Assembly (NCBI GenBank): GCA_964016885.1
Contig: OZ024752.1
Coordinates: 24,986,001-25,050,000, forward strand
Direction: 5' to 3'
DNA from: Eledone cirrhosa
Lineage: Eukaryota
DNA length: 64,000 nucleotides
Each line of letters begins with the position of its first letter. Position 1 is the first letter of the stretch. This document shows positions 29,561 through 43,329 of the stretch, piece by piece. The notes beneath the pieces were generated by a model that worked only from the letters and a program-made list of their open reading frames with translations, made no database searches and was not told the origin of the DNA. The position numbers and the translations under genes were made by a program.

Positions 29561-30259
29561 TATATATATGTATATATGTATGTATGTATACCACCAGAGA
29601 AGACCCGCCTTGCCAGTAGGCATCTCTAACAAAATACACCCCGTCCCACCACCACCACCACCACCCCCACCCCATCCACACCACCCCGTTCTATGTAAAG
29701 TTATGTTGGTGCCGCGCCATCCAGGCCGAAACAAATGAGATCGTGTAGGTGTCACGACAAAAAAACACACAGTCCACGCTGTAATGTGGCCGTGTAGGCA
29801 ACACGGTAAAAACCTCCCAGACCCACACTGTAAATGTGGTTGGTGTTAGGAAGGGCATCCAACTGTAGAAAACCTGCCAGACAGTCCTATGCGAGCAAGA
29901 CAATCACTCTTGCCTCAAGTGGGACTACCCCCGTCCAAACCCATGCAAGCGTGGAACACGGACGTTAAACGTTGATGATGATGATGACCACCTGTGATCC
30001 GTTGGGTAACGTTCACCTCAAAATAATTTTATACAGACATGTATATTATGTGAAACTGGAAGGCCCATATATATATATACGTGTGTGTATATATACATAT
30101 ATAAATGTGTGTGTGTATATACATATATATATATATGTGTGTGTGTGTGTATATATATATGTGGGTGTCTGTGATCTATATATACTGATCATAGTCACAC
30201 TCACATATACATATATATATACACACACACACACATATATATATATACACAACACCACC

Positions 30260-30317
<58 letters not shown>

Positions 30318-30737
30318 ATGTCTCACTTTCAATCTATTCTCTCAGAGCCACTCTCTCTTCCTCTCTATCTCTCTATCTCTCTATTTATGAAGCTACCCCA
30401 GAAACCCCATATCTCGGGAACACCTGCTCCGATTTACTCGAAACTTGTTTTATTCCATTTGTATTCCCATTTCAGGGTCAACTTCCTTTCAACGTATTTT
30501 CCCATTATGTATTACATTACATTACATAGATATTTTTATCTAAAGACATGTTTTCCAATTCCAACCCGCCCGACCCTCAATCTATTTTATTTCTCATTCT
30601 TTCTTCTGATGAAGGACCAGCGTCCAAAACGTTAAGACCCTCTTCCTGCTATATCAAGTGTTAACCTAATATATCCCTTCCATATACTGTACCGATTGTT
30701 GTGTTATTTCTGTTTAGCTTTTATATACATATATAAA

Positions 30738-31090
30738 TCGACCCCAGTGCGTGACTGGTACTTTATTTTATCGACCGCGTAAGGATGAAAGGCAAAGTTA
30801 ACCTCGGCGGGATTTCAACTCAGATTATAAAGGGAGGTAACTCTATGCTTCAAAGCATGGCGTCCGACCCTCTACCAATACTGCCAATCCATCGCCCGAG
30901 GTATTTTAAATAATTGTTTCTACTTTTGGCATAAGGCCAGCAAATTACACAGTGCATTACTGGTACTTTATTTTATCGACCCCGTAAGGATGAAAGGCAA
31001 AGTTAACCTCGACGGGATTTGAACTCAGACCGTAGAGGGACGTAACTCTTCCAGAAAACATGGCGTCCATCTCTCTACCGATACTGCCAA
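30738..31090 (-). mobile_element. Tandem partial Meta-like SINEs
   Basis: Duplicate of 11215-11505. Confidence 0.7.
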
Positions 31091-32321
31091 ATAATAAAGA
31101 CAGTCATGATAACAATAACCTGAAATATAGGATTACGTCGAGTGCTCTCCCTAATATTACATCAAGGTTGACTATACGGAATGACCAGTTTTATCCAGTG
31201 GTGAACCAACAAACCTAAATGTATATATATATATATATGCAAGAGGGAGAATGATATTCTGACGGTCTTCCAGTTTATTCCGAAGTCTACAAAAGATTTG
31301 CTGTTGATTGTATAACTAAACTTTGGAGATTTTAAACAAAAAAATAAGTTTTAATGGATAATATCACTGCTATTTCTAGCAGTTAGAGAGACTACGTAGA
31401 GGTTTTCTTATTGATATATAATTGATATTTTACTGAGTGATACCTTCTGATTTACAATCAATTAGATACGATTGGGACTGTGTCTGAATGTATTAAATTA
31501 TATAAGGGACTTTTAACGTATGACACCGGTATGAGAGTTGAAACATTCAGAACGACACCGAGTACCTGCTGTCTTTATTATAACTTTAATTAATCTAATT
31601 ATATCTCTTGTGTAACAATTATATATATATATATACACAATTTTCTTTTCCCGACATCAATCTTACAGTTATATCTATTCTTACTTTACAATTGTGTCTA
31701 CTAAGAGTTCCATTACAATCTGTAGTAGTAAAACTAGTATTTTACCAGATCATCTGCTATCAGTCATTTATAGACAATATATATATTTTAGACCACATAT
31801 CAAGCTAATATATATATATTTCCTATCAAATCTGAAGCTAAAGATATAAAGTCAGCCTCACTACTTCATTCTGACAAGATATCAATTTATGACTAAAGAT
31901 GAAGATACACCAACGTTAATGTCGTGAAATAAAGCTGATAACATCTTTGAAACTTCTAATTTGATAACAAAGATTATTTCTTTGGTTGTTTAGTAAAAAC
32001 TAACAACACAACACATTGATTATATGTGAAGGAGGTAAGTTGACAAAGCTTTACTTAATGTCTATATTAATGTGTGTAAATAATATAAATACGTGAACTC
32101 TTCAACGATCCAGTAATTAACCAGATTCCACTGTTACATGTGATATAAAATATATTGTTATCATGACTGTCTTTATTATTTAAAATACCTACGTCTATTT
32201 AATTATCTTGTTCACTACCTTACATTATAAAATATAGTTTATATTTAGCTGTACCTTGTTGTTTTAGGGAAGTTTTGTTCGTTTTAGTCTAAATCTGTTT
32301 TCATTTAATTTACTCCATCTA

Positions 32322-34332
32322 CATCATCATCATCATAGTTTTACGCCCGTTTTTCAATCCTGGCATGGGTTGGATGGGTCCTTTTAAGCACATCTCCCCA
32401 CTCGCTTGTTTCTTCGTTATCTCCTCTGTGAGCCTCAGCAATTTGAGATCAGCTCTCACCACATCTACCCAGGTCTTCCTTGGTCTACCTCTACTATGGT
32501 TTCCCTCCTCTGATATTCCCTGGCACTTCTTTAACCAGCGATCACCATCCATGCATATCACATATCCCTACCAAAGCAGTCTTCTCTCTTGCTCACCACT
32601 TCGGTTTCCTCTGAAGTCCAATTTCTTCCTCAATTTATCCAATCTCTGACTTCCTCTCACATTTACGTTGCACATCCAACGAAGCATGGTCGCTCCATTT
32701 CTCTCCACCTAGATAGCGGAAGCTATCATTGTGTACAGTTTATGCCTACTCCTTTCCTATATATGCAGTAGGGTCACTTATTCTCTAGTTCTTTTATGGA
32801 GTCAGCTATAGACTGTTTCCCATGAACAGCCAGTCTTAATCCCATTGGTTATGGCCTGGAGAACTATGATGAACAGCAGTGGGTTGTGAACTGAACCATG
32901 ATGAACATCTACCTGTACATTGAATTCCTCACTAAACTCCCTTCCTACTCTCACTTTACTGACAGCTCCTCTGTATATGGCTTGCACTGCTCTCACAAGC
33001 CATTCTCCACCTATATTTCTGAAGGACCACCAGATAACAAAGTCAGGTACTCTGTCAAAGGCCTTTTCTAGATCTACAAAAAGCTAAATAAAGCAACTTA
33101 ATCTTGGCTATGAATTTCACTTGTAGTTGTGTCACTAACAAGTTTCATCAATAATTCCAAAGAGAATATCAATTATATGTGTGTGTGCGTTGAACAATGA
33201 ACATAAAACAAAAGACTACCTTGAGGAGAAGAATATGGAAGTTGAAGAACCCCACAGCCAGAGACAAATTTAAAAGCTTATTACTCCATGCTTTTGACAG
33301 TAAGGAAGAGCAATCAGAGATGTGCAATATAGAGAAACAGTGAAAATTCTTGAAAGTGAACCTGCTGAAAGCGACGGATGAAATCTGTGCCTGGAGCAGA
33401 CCTGTAGGCAGGAGGAGAGTAACTTGGTGGTGGAACAGTAAGGTGGATAGACAATCAAGGCCGAAAACCAGGCTTGGAAAGAATGGCGGGATGGGGGAAG
33501 TAGAGAACACTATCAAGTGGCCAGGAAGGAAGCTAGGAGACAAGTGTACCTTGCAAAAAGGGAAGCAGAGGATAGAGAGATCAAGCATTTTCTACAAGAA
33601 GAGGACCAAAAACGTGAGGTGTTCAGGATTGCTGGACAATGTGTCAAGGAAAATCGTGATATTGTCGGGGAGAAGTGAGTCCGTAATGGTAATGGTGTAC
33701 TTGCCCTCACTTTTACTGATAAGATAGCTTGGAAGTGTCACTACAGGAGACTACTAAATGAGTAGAATAAATGGGAAAAAGATAGTCTGTCCCAAATCGA
33801 TCCAATAGAGGGACAAGCAGTGCAAGTTAAAGGTAGTATAAGTAAGGCAATCAAAGATATGAAGACAGGCAAGGCAGCTGGGCCTTCGGATATAGTTGCT
33901 GAGATCTTGATAACATCTGGAATGGTGGGACATACTATGGTCACCCAGATAGTAAAACAAGTAATACAGAATTGGGTCATACCAAAGGACTGGTGTAGCA
34001 GCATCATCATTAACTGCTACAAGGGTAAAGGGGATGCTCTAGATAGGGGAAACTGTAGAGGCATGAAGTTAGTTGACCAGGTCATGAAAGTGACAGAGAG
34101 CGAATTGATCTGGATGAAATGCAGTTTGATTTTGTGTCAGTTAAAAGTACCACAGATGCTCTTTTCCTTGAACGACAACTACAGGAGAAGTACCTAGCTA
34201 AAAGTAAACCCCTCTACTTAGCTTTTGTTGACTTGGAGAAAGCCTTTGACAGAGTCCCCCGCACCATTATCTGGTGGGCTCTTAGAAAACTAGGTGTAGA
34301 TGAATGGCTTATGAGGACTATACAAGCCATGT
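32322..34332. mobile_element. Decayed RTE-C, head-to-head inverted pieces (minus 32322-33160, plus 33170-34332)
   Basis: (CAT)n tail; RT motifs on both strands; paralogous to 14245-15640. Confidence 0.8.
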
Positions 34333-34763
34333 ATGTGTATATGTGTATATATATAAATGTATATGTATATATATATATATGTATAAGTATGTATACGTAC
34401 ATACATATATGTAAACAAACATCCCAAATTAAGCCGTACATTGTCTAGCAACCATCGTTGCTCATTTGTTCAACACACCGAGCATTATAATAATGTTCAG
34501 TGAATCCATACATACATGTATATATATATATACATATACTACTGTACATCTGTATACATATATGTATGTACGTATAGATACTTATATTTAAGTAACAGCC
34601 GTACTAAGAGTGAGAAATGAAATTTCGTTTCATTTTTTTGGTTTATCATTTTCGGTACCCCGGCCGATTAACTCACTCGATATGCAAATTAGGCTGCTCA
34701 GCCGTTAATATGCATAAGGAAAGTATATACTTTCAAACATTCAATCATCTGGCAGGAAGGTAT

Positions 34764-34806
34764 ATGTTGCTGATGATAGCTAATAAGCTTGAAACTAGTA
34801 CAGCAT
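34764..34806 (+). ncRNA. Minimal hammerhead motif within an inverted/direct-repeat Penelope-like remnant (34412-35075)
   Basis: ATGTTG-CTGATGA-TAGCTAATAAGCTT-GAAA-CTAGT-A-CAGCAT; palindromic ACTAGT stem III; GUA triplet. Confidence 0.65.
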
Positions 34807-35099
34807 TCCTTTGTCAGTGTTGAACAAATGAGCAACGATTGTTGCTAGACACTGTATGGCTTAATTTGGGATGTTTGTTTACAAACACACCGAGCATTGT
34901 AATAAATGTTCGGTGAATCCATACATACATGTATATATGTGTGCATGTATGTATATATATATACATACTACTTTACTTCTGTATACATATATGTATGTAC
35001 GTATACATACTTATATTTAAGTAACAGCCGTACTAAGAGTGAGAAATGAAATTTTGTTTCATTTTTTCCGTTTATATATATATGTATATATATATATAT

Positions 35100-36513
35100 G
35101 TGGATCAGGTTATGAAAGTGGCAGAAAGGATATTAGCACAACTAATTAGAGAAAGGGTCAAACTAGATGAGATGCAGTTTGGTTTTGTGCCTGGGAAAAG
35201 TACAACAGATACCCTCTTATTGGTGAGACAATTACAAGAGAGCTTCTTAGAGAATAATAAGCCACTATACTTAGCCTTTGTTGACCTAGAGAAGGCCTTT
35301 GATAGGGTACCCCGATCTGTCATCTGGTGGTCCCTAAGGAAACTAGGTATTGAGGAATGGCTTGTGAGGACAGTGCAAACTTTGTACAGAGGTACTGTCA
35401 GTAAAGTCAGGGTAGGAATGGAGTTTAGTGAGGAATTCCAGATACAAGTAAGAGTACATCAAGGTTCGGTCCTCAACCCACTCTTGTTCATTATAGTCCT
35501 CCAAGCCATAACAGAGGAGTTTAAGACTGGCTATCCATGGGAACTTATCTATGCTCACGATCTGGTATTTATAGCAGAATCAGTAGAGGAGCTATAGAAT
35601 AAATTCTGGCTATGAAAACAGCAGTTGGAATTAAGAGGACTGAGAGTGAACCTAACTAAGACAAAAGTGTTGATGAGTAGAAAAGAGGACAAAACTCTGA
35701 TTCCGTCAGGGAAATGGCCATGTTCGATATGCAGAAAAGGAACTGCCATAAATTCTATAAAATGCACACAATGCAGATCCTGGGTACACAAGAGATGTAG
35801 TGGGATATCAGGCAAACTAACAGGTAGGGAGAAATACGTATACAGTAGATGTACAGGGAAATTAGACAGTAGAAGTCGCAGTGATAGACACATTTTTCAA
35901 ATGCAGGCGGGTGCTATAGAAGTGGTGGATAGCTTCTGGTACCTAGTAGATCAGATTAGCATGGCAGGGTGGGTGTTCCGAGGCCATAGTATCTAGAATA
36001 AGGACAGGTTGAAAGAATTTTAGGGAGCTGCTTCCTCTGTTGTCGAAGAAGGGTTTCTCTCTTCGTACGAAAGGCCGGTTATATGACGCCTGTGTGAGGA
36101 GCGCGATGCTGCATGGTAGTGAGACATGGGCTGCAACTGCAGAGGATATGCGATGGCTGGAGAGAAATGAGGCAAGCATGCTCTGTTGGATGTGCAATGT
36201 CAATGTGTGTGAACGACCCAGCATGGATGTGTTGAGAGAGAAATTGTGTCTGAGAGGGATAGAATGTAGTGTGCGAGAGAGGAGACTGAGGTGGTATGGT
36301 CATGTGATGCGCATGGAGGATGACTGATGGTTGAAGAAGTGCCAGGAAATGCCAGTTGAAGGAAGACGTATTAGATGTAGACCACGAAAAACATGGGCGG
36401 AGGTGGTGAGAACATACCTCAGATTGCTGAAGCTCACGGTGGAGATGACGACGGACTGTGATAAGTGGAGATATACTGTGCTGAATAACACCTGTCCCAC
36501 CGTTGCAAGCTGA
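35100..36513 (+). mobile_element. RTE-B RT/C-terminal fragment, decayed
   Basis: [35 protein letters not shown]; in-frame stops. Confidence 0.9.
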
Positions 36514-36514
36514 T

Positions 36515-37776
36515 CCATCAGTTTTATACCCCTATAATTGCTCCTCTCCAGAGGATCCCCTTTACTTTATAGCAATTTATGTGAATACTGCTGCACCAGT
36601 CTTTGGTTTGGACACCACCATATATAGCCTGATTGATGATGCGTGCAACCAGTTTAGTGCCTACATCCCCTGATGCCTTCAGCATCTCAGCAACTATCTC
36701 CGACGGTCCAGCATCCTTACCATTTTTCGTTTCCTTAATCGCCTCTTGGACCCTATATTCGTCAATCTCAATAGCTGGTCCCTTTGTCGGATCTACTGAG
36801 AGTAATTTCTCTCTCTCCCATTCGTTCAGTCCACATTCATCAGTCTCTCATAATGACATTTCCAGGCCTCCTTTTTCTGATCATTCGTGACACTAAGTAC
36901 ACTGGCATCATTCCGGACACATTTATCTCCAACAACATCCTGATTTGCATTGACACACTGCCTTGCAATGTGGAACACTGCACGCCTCTGATCTTCCCGT
37001 TGCAGAATATTGGCAAATCTCCTACTCTCACCCTCCCAGTGTGCTAATTACACCTGATGTCTTGCTTCTCTTTTAGCGGCTGTATATCCTTCTCTACTCC
37101 CACCCTTTTTCCAAGCTTTCCATGCTAGTCTTTTGTCTCTAATGGCCTTATCTACTGTGCTGTTCCACCACCAGGTCATTCTCTGTGTGGTTGGAGCTCT
37201 ACTCCAGCCACAAGTTTCATCAGTAGCCTGCAGTAAGTCAGGTAAGAAATTCCAGTTATTATCTATGTCATACGTCTCTAAATCGTCTTCTTTTTCGTCA
37301 TACACATCTTGAAGGGCTTTCCTAAATTTGTTTCATATTGAAAGGTCTTTTAGCTTCCAGACCTTTCTTTTACACGCCTTCCTGTATGTCTTATTCCATC
37401 TATTGCTTACTGAGATAGCACTAACGACTAACCTATGCTGTGGGGTGCATTCTTCCCCAGGGTATGCCTTGGTATTTGACACCATTTGCCTGTCCCGCTG
37501 CCTAACTATTAAGAAGTCAATCTGGCTTATGTGCTCGCCTGATTTGTAGGTTATTAGTTGGTTGGCAGGTGTCTGGAAGTTAGTGTTGCAAATAGTCAGT
37601 GTACTTGCATCACAAAATTCAAGAAGTGTCACTCCTTCTTCATTTCTTGAGCCATAACCGTGCCCACCGTGTACCCCAATGTAACCATCCTGGAGCTGTC
37701 CAACATGAGCATTGAAGTTCCCTGCTAGCATAACGATGTCTACATCCTCTGTCATTGCGGTTGCTTGTAAAAGTTG
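36515..37776 (-). mobile_element. RTE-B endonuclease/linker fragment, inverted relative to the adjacent RT piece
   Basis: AGNFNAHVG, NTNF, TPQH and TWWWN motifs; paralog of 1-845. Confidence 0.88.
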
Positions 37777-37788
37777 CATATATATACA

Positions 37789-40418
37789 TATCATCATCAC
37801 CGTTTTACGTTCGTTCTTCCACGCTAGCATGGGTTAGACGGGTTGTCCTGTTGTGGGCAGTATCTGGTCGGCTGACCATGCCTTGCTCATACAGGAACTG
37901 ATCTGGCTTGATTTCTACAGCTGGATGCCCTTCCTAACACCAACCTCATTTACAGTGAGTGCTGGGTGCTTTTTCGTGGCGACTACACGTCCACTTTACA
38001 GTGTGGGCTGGGTGCTTTTTTGCCGTGGCACCTCCACGACCACCTTGCGGTGGGAGGAGTGGGGGCATATTGTTTATATGCTTCAGCATGTACCCATGGG
38101 AGGTCGGGTACCCTGTATTACTGCGTGACGCCAGAAGTCACGGTCGTGTGTCATTGTCTTTGAGAGGTGTAGTTGGGTAAGGTCGGCTTTTATCACCTCA
38201 TCCCAAGTCATCTTGGGTCTCCCCACTCCGCGGTTTCCATCAACTTGTAGTGCTCTGCACCTTTTTAAGCAGCTGTCATCCTTCATACGCATCACATGTC
38301 CATACCAGCGTAACCGCCTCTCCTGCACGCAGCATTTGATTCCTCTTATGCTCAGTCTCTCTCTCAATTCCTTTATGCTTTGTCGTTCACGTATATTACT
38401 GTTAAACATCCATCGGAGCATGCAGGCTTCGTTTCTCTCTAATCTACGTAAGTCTTCCACCTTCAGCGCCCAGGTCTCACTACCATGCAACATCGCTGTT
38501 CGGATACACGCATCATACAGTCTGCCTTTCATTCTGAGGGAGAAGCCTTTTGCAGCTAGCAGTGGTAGTAGTTCCCTAAACTTCTTCCATCCCGTTCTTA
38601 CCCTAGTTATTGTACTTTCTGAGCACCCACCTCCATTGCTAATTCGGTCACCTAGGTAGCAGAAGCTGTCTACTGTTTCTACAGGGCCCTCCCAGAGATT
38701 GGTGGTACTTGTTTCCTGTGGCTGTTTGCTTGCTGTTTCAGCACAGCTACTGCATGTGAATCCTACATTCTTAATTAAGCTTCCTGAGATCCCGCTACAT
38801 CTCTTGTGTACCCATTGTTTGCATTTGGGGCAGAGAATGGAGTTCCTACCTACACCTTTCCTACATACTGAGCAAGGCCATTTCCCTGAGGGGATCTGGG
38901 TTCTGTTTTCTCGTCTACTTATAAGGACCTTAGTCTTTGTCATGTTGACTTTGAGGCCCTTTCTCTCTAGTCCCTGCTTCCTAGTTTGGAATTTCTTCTC
39001 TAGTTCTGCCATAGATTCAGCTATAAGTGTGAGGTCATCTGCATACAGGAGTTCCCACGGGCATCCGGTCTTAAACTCCTCCGTTATTACCTGCAGGACT
39101 ATGATGAACAGGAGAGGGCTAAGAACAGAGCCCAGGTGGACACCAACCTGTACGCTAAATTCCTCGCTATACTCATTGCTAATCCTAACTTTGCTGACTG
39201 CTCCCCTATACATGGCTTGTACCGCTTTCACAAGCCATTCATCTACTCCTAGTTTTCTAAGAGCCCACCAGATTACTGCACGTGGAACTCTGTCAAAGGC
39301 TTTCTCAAGGTCGACAAATGCCAAGTAGAGTGGCTTACTTTTAGCTAGGTACTTTTCCTGTAATTGCCTCACAAGGAAGAGGGCATCAGTGGTGCCTTTT
39401 CCTGGTACAAACCCAAATTGCATCTCGTCTATATTCACCCGGTCCCTAATCAGCTGTGCTATAACTCTTTCTGTTACTTTCATGACCTGGTCCATCAACT
39501 TTATACCTCTATAGTTTCCTCTATCTAGTGCATCGCCTTTACCTTTGTAGCAGTTGACAATGATGCTACTGCACCAATCTTTTGGTATGGCCCCCTCTAG
39601 TATTACCTGGTTAACGATACGTGTGGTTATAGTGTGACCTACAGACCCAGATGCCTTCAGCATCTCGGCAGCTATACCCGATGGACCGGTTGCCTTCCCT
39701 ATCTTCATATCTCTGATTGCCTTACTTACTACGCTGCCGCTGACTTGTACTGCTGGTCCCTCTATAGGGTCTACGTGGGGTAGGGTCTCTTCTTCCCATG
39801 CATTCTCCTCATTTAGTAATCTATCATAATGACTCTTCCATGCATCTTTCTTCTCAGCACTTGTGAGGGCAAGCTCACCTTTATCATTCCGGATACACTT
39901 CTCTCCAATGACATCACAACTATCTCTGACACACTGCCTTGCAATCTTGAATACCTCCTGTTTCTGGTCCTCACGTTGTAAAACATGCTTGAATTTTCTA
40001 TCCTCTGCTTCCCTCCTAGCTAAGTATACTTGTCGCCTAGCTTCCCTCTTGGTCTCTATGTAATGTACCCTGCTCCCCCCGTTCTTCCATTCTTTCCATG
40101 CCTGTCTCTTGGCCTTGACTGCTTCATCTACCTTATTGTTCCACCACCAAGTCACTTTCCTCCTGCTTGAGGTCTTACTCCAGCCACAAACCTCATCCGT
40201 CGCCTCTAGTAAGTTATTTTTTAGGAACTCCCAGTTCTCTTCTACGTTAAATGTCTCTATCTGTTCTTCTTTACTGTCGTAGGCGTTGAGTAAAATATCT
40301 TTAAATCTGTTACTGGTTGAGGGGACTTTCAGCTTCCAGATCTTTCTTCTCCAGGTTGGCCTCTGTTTCAGGGCTCGTCTAGTTCTGACCGTGAGGTCGC
40401 TGACAACTAAGCTATGTT

Positions 40419-40419
<1 letters not shown>
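37789..40419 (-). mobile_element. 5'-truncated young RTE-A copy inserted in a TA microsatellite
   Basis: Uninterrupted 690-aa ORF, complete 3' UTR and (CAT)n tail. Confidence 0.95.
38083..40155 (-). CDS. RTE ORF remnant: linker, reverse transcriptase with embedded Cys/His finger, C-terminus
   Basis: [46 protein letters not shown]. Confidence 0.9.
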   Translation of the reverse strand: MTWWWNNKVDEAVKAKRQAWKEWKNGGSRVHYIETKREARRQVYLARREAEDRKFKHVLQREDQKQEVFKIARQCVRDSCDVIGEKCIRNDKGELALTSAEKKDAWKSHYDRLLNEENAWEEETLPHVDPIEGPAVQVSGSVVSKAIRDMKIGKATGPSGIAAEMLKASGSVGHTITTRIVNQVILEGAIPKDWCSSIIVNCYKGKGDALDRGNYRGIKLMDQVMKVTERVIAQLIRDRVNIDEMQFGFVPGKGTTDALFLVRQLQEKYLAKSKPLYLAFVDLEKAFDRVPRAVIWWALRKLGVDEWLVKAVQAMYRGAVSKVRISNEYSEEFSVQVGVHLGSVLSPLLFIIVLQVITEEFKTGCPWELLYADDLTLIAESMAELEKKFQTRKQGLERKGLKVNMTKTKVLISRRENRTQIPSGKWPCSVCRKGVGRNSILCPKCKQWVHKRCSGISGSLIKNVGFTCSSCAETASKQPQETSTTNLWEGPVETVDSFCYLGDRISNGGGCSESTITRVRTGWKKFRELLPLLAAKGFSLRMKGRLYDACIRTAMLHGSETWALKVEDLRRLERNEACMLRWMFNSNIRERQSIKELRERLSIRGIKCCVQERRLRWYGHVMRMKDDSCLKRCRALQVDGNRGVGRPKMTWDEVIKADLTQLHLSKTMTHDRDFWRHAVIQGTRPPMGTC

Positions 40420-40476
<57 letters not shown>

Positions 40477-40485
40477 TATATATAC

Positions 40486-40519
<34 letters not shown>

Positions 40520-41233
40520 GTATATGTGTATATATATATATATATATGTGTGTATATGCATATATGTGTGTGTGTATATATATTTATATATGTATATGTT
40601 AAACCGGTGTTGACATGTCACCAGGAGAGGAGATGATAGCTACGTTAGAAAGTGCTATCAGAATGAATTTTTTGCTAAACTGCCATAGAGCGGACCTCCC
40701 AAGAGTTAGAAGGATATCATTTACAGAGCTTGCTTGAATACCCGTGCTTAGATTGGAGAGAATTGCTCTGGACAGGAAAGTTGATATCTAGTTTACCAAT
40801 ATAGAAATATAAAATTTCCACTGTTAAATCTATCTCTGCTTCTAAAGTATTCTGTATTATCTCATACAGTTTCTTTTTCATTTCAGAATACCAGATGACA
40901 GTGGCATAAATTATTATTTTCAATCTTGGATACATCACCTCTATTTATCATAATTTTAAGACTAAAACATTTTAACCAGAACTTATATAACACTGTTTAT
41001 ATAAATCTGTAGTTCAATTACTGTGAAATATTTCCTCAAAACTGAGTTTATTTTCATCACTATGAGATGATTTTGTGTTTTAACTAAACATGGGTGAAAC
41101 AAAAGTTTGTATTATCTTCAGATATTAACTGAAATCACAGTTGAGAGAAATATAGAAGAAGAAATAATTTTAGGAATATAATATAAGAAATATTACAAGT
41201 AAAACATTTGTATATTCTGTTGAGGAAAAAATC

Positions 41234-42259
41234 ATGGAAAATATGTTGACTGAGAAGATTAAATGTGAAACACAATCTAAAGTGTTTAGTATTCCTGGTG
41301 AGATGAGGAAGGTTAGAGAAGAGAAGCCATATCACTCTGATATCTGTGGTAAATCATTCAATAAACGTAATACCTTAATTACTCATAAAGTTATACATAC
41401 AAGAGAGAAGCCATATTGTGATATATGTGGTAAATCATTCTCTGATGGTAGTACATTAACTACTCACAAACGTATACATACAGGAAAGAAGCCACATCAC
41501 TGTGATATCTGTGGTAAATCATTCTCTGATAGTAGTGCCTTAACTAGTCACAAGCGTACCCATACAGGAGACAAGCCATATCACTGTGATATCTGTGGTA
41601 AATCATTCTCTCAGAGTGGTACCTTAACGTCTCACATACGTACCCATACAGGCAAGAAGCCATACCACTGTGAAATCTGTGGTAAATCATTCTATGATGG
41701 TAGTGCCTTAACTACACACAAACGTATACATACAGGAGACAAGCCATATCACTGTGATATCTGTGGTAAATCATTCTCTGATAGTAGTGCCTTAACTAGT
41801 CACAAACGTACCCATACAGGAGACAAGCCATATCACTGTGATATCTGTGGTAAATTATTCTTTGTAAGTAGTCACTTAACTAGACACAAACGTACACATA
41901 CAGGAGACAAGCCATATCATTGTGATATCTGTGGTAAATCATTCTCTGATAGTACCACCTTAACTAGACACAAAAGTACCCATACAGGAGAGAAATCATA
42001 TCACTGTGATATCTGTGGTAAATCATTCTCTCGGAGTGGTACCTTAACGTGTCACAAACGTACCCATACAGGTGAGAAGCCATATCACTGTGATATCTGT
42101 GGTAAATCATTCTCTTGGAGTAGTACCTTAATGTCTCACATACGTACCCATACAGGTGAGAAGCCATATCACTGTGATATCTGTGGTAAATCATTCTCTC
42201 AGAGTGGTACCTTAACGTCTCACATACGTACCCATACGGGTGAGAAGCCATATCACTGA
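41234..42259 (+). CDS. C2H2 zinc-finger protein, cassette copy 4 (11 units, 10 intact); best candidate functional gene
   Basis: 341-aa ORF of tandem C2H2 fingers with conserved Cys/His. Confidence 0.88.
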   Translation: MENMLTEKIKCETQSKVFSIPGEMRKVREEKPYHSDICGKSFNKRNTLITHKVIHTREKPYCDICGKSFSDGSTLTTHKRIHTGKKPHHCDICGKSFSDSSALTSHKRTHTGDKPYHCDICGKSFSQSGTLTSHIRTHTGKKPYHCEICGKSFYDGSALTTHKRIHTGDKPYHCDICGKSFSDSSALTSHKRTHTGDKPYHCDICGKLFFVSSHLTRHKRTHTGDKPYHCDICGKSFSDSTTLTRHKSTHTGEKSYHCDICGKSFSRSGTLTCHKRTHTGEKPYHCDICGKSFSWSSTLMSHIRTHTGEKPYHCDICGKSFSQSGTLTSHIRTHTGEKPYH

Positions 42260-42666
42260 TATCTGTGGTAAATCATTCTCCATTTCAAGTAGTTTAACTA
42301 GACACAAATATACCCATACAGGTGAGAAACCATAACAAAGTCATATCTCATTATCTCAAAATGGTGAATTAATAAGACACAAATACATTCATATGAGTGA
42401 GAAGACATACCACTGTGATATTGGGGAGAAATTATTCTCTTTCATTGCTACATTAATTACATAGAAACATATATATATATACTGGAGAGAAACCATATCA
42501 CTGTAATATTTGTGGTAAATTATCATCTGCATATTCATCAAAATAATTTGAAATATTTGTTTTTTCCTTTCTTTCCTTTTTCTCTCTTTCCTTTCACTAT
42601 CCAGGAGAAACTTGGACCGTTAAGGTATCATTCCTGGGTATGTCACTATTTATAAAACAAATTTTG

Positions 42667-42726
42667 TATTTTATCTGATGAGAGCGTACCAAATTTTGGT
42701 ACCCTTGAAATATATATAATAGAATA
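42667..42726 (+). ncRNA. Minimal type I hammerhead motif in ZNF copy 4 tail
   Basis: TATTTTAT-CTGATGA-GAGCGTACCAAATTTTGGTACCCTT-GAAA-TATATAT-A-ATAGAATA. Confidence 0.7.
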
Positions 42727-43329
42727 AATATGGTTTTATAAATATAGTTTCCATTTATTAATATCATTGTGTATATATATAGTTTTGCAAGAGATGTCAA
42801 CATGAAAGAACCTGTTATTTTCATCTAAAGACATTTTTTTCAATTCCATCCCATCCGTCTTTATATGTATTTATTTCTCATTCTTTCTTCTGATGAAGGA
42901 CTAGGGTCCGAAACATTAAGACCCTTTTCCTGCTTTATCAATCGTTAACCTAATATATCCCTTCCATATACTGTACTGATTGTGTTGTTATTTCTGTTTA
43001 CCTTTTACAAATCATCTACTCTCTTCCTCTCTCCTACACTATTATTAGTGTTGTTGTATTTATCATTTCACTGTCTCTACGAAGTCATCTACTCCTATCA
43101 GTTTATTTTGGCATGAGATGCTACAGGCCATGATGGCTACCTATTCACTCCTATAGGTTATTTTGCCATGATGGCGACCCTCTCTCTATGATGGCTACCT
43201 TCTCTCTCTATGTATATATATCTCTATAAGGGCTATACCCACTCTCTCTATCTATCTCTAAGCCACCTATTACCTCCCTTTCCCTCTCACCCATTCCTTC
43301 CTCACTCATCTTGAAGTTCTTGAAGAGAT

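Larger units (their letters stand above)
27703..29988 (+). repeat. Two near-identical ~390-bp direct copies (27703-28092, 29595-29988) of an RTE-tailed element
   Basis: GAGAAGACCCGCC...GGAAGGGCATCC...CGGACGTTAAACG(ATG)n present twice. Confidence 0.8.
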
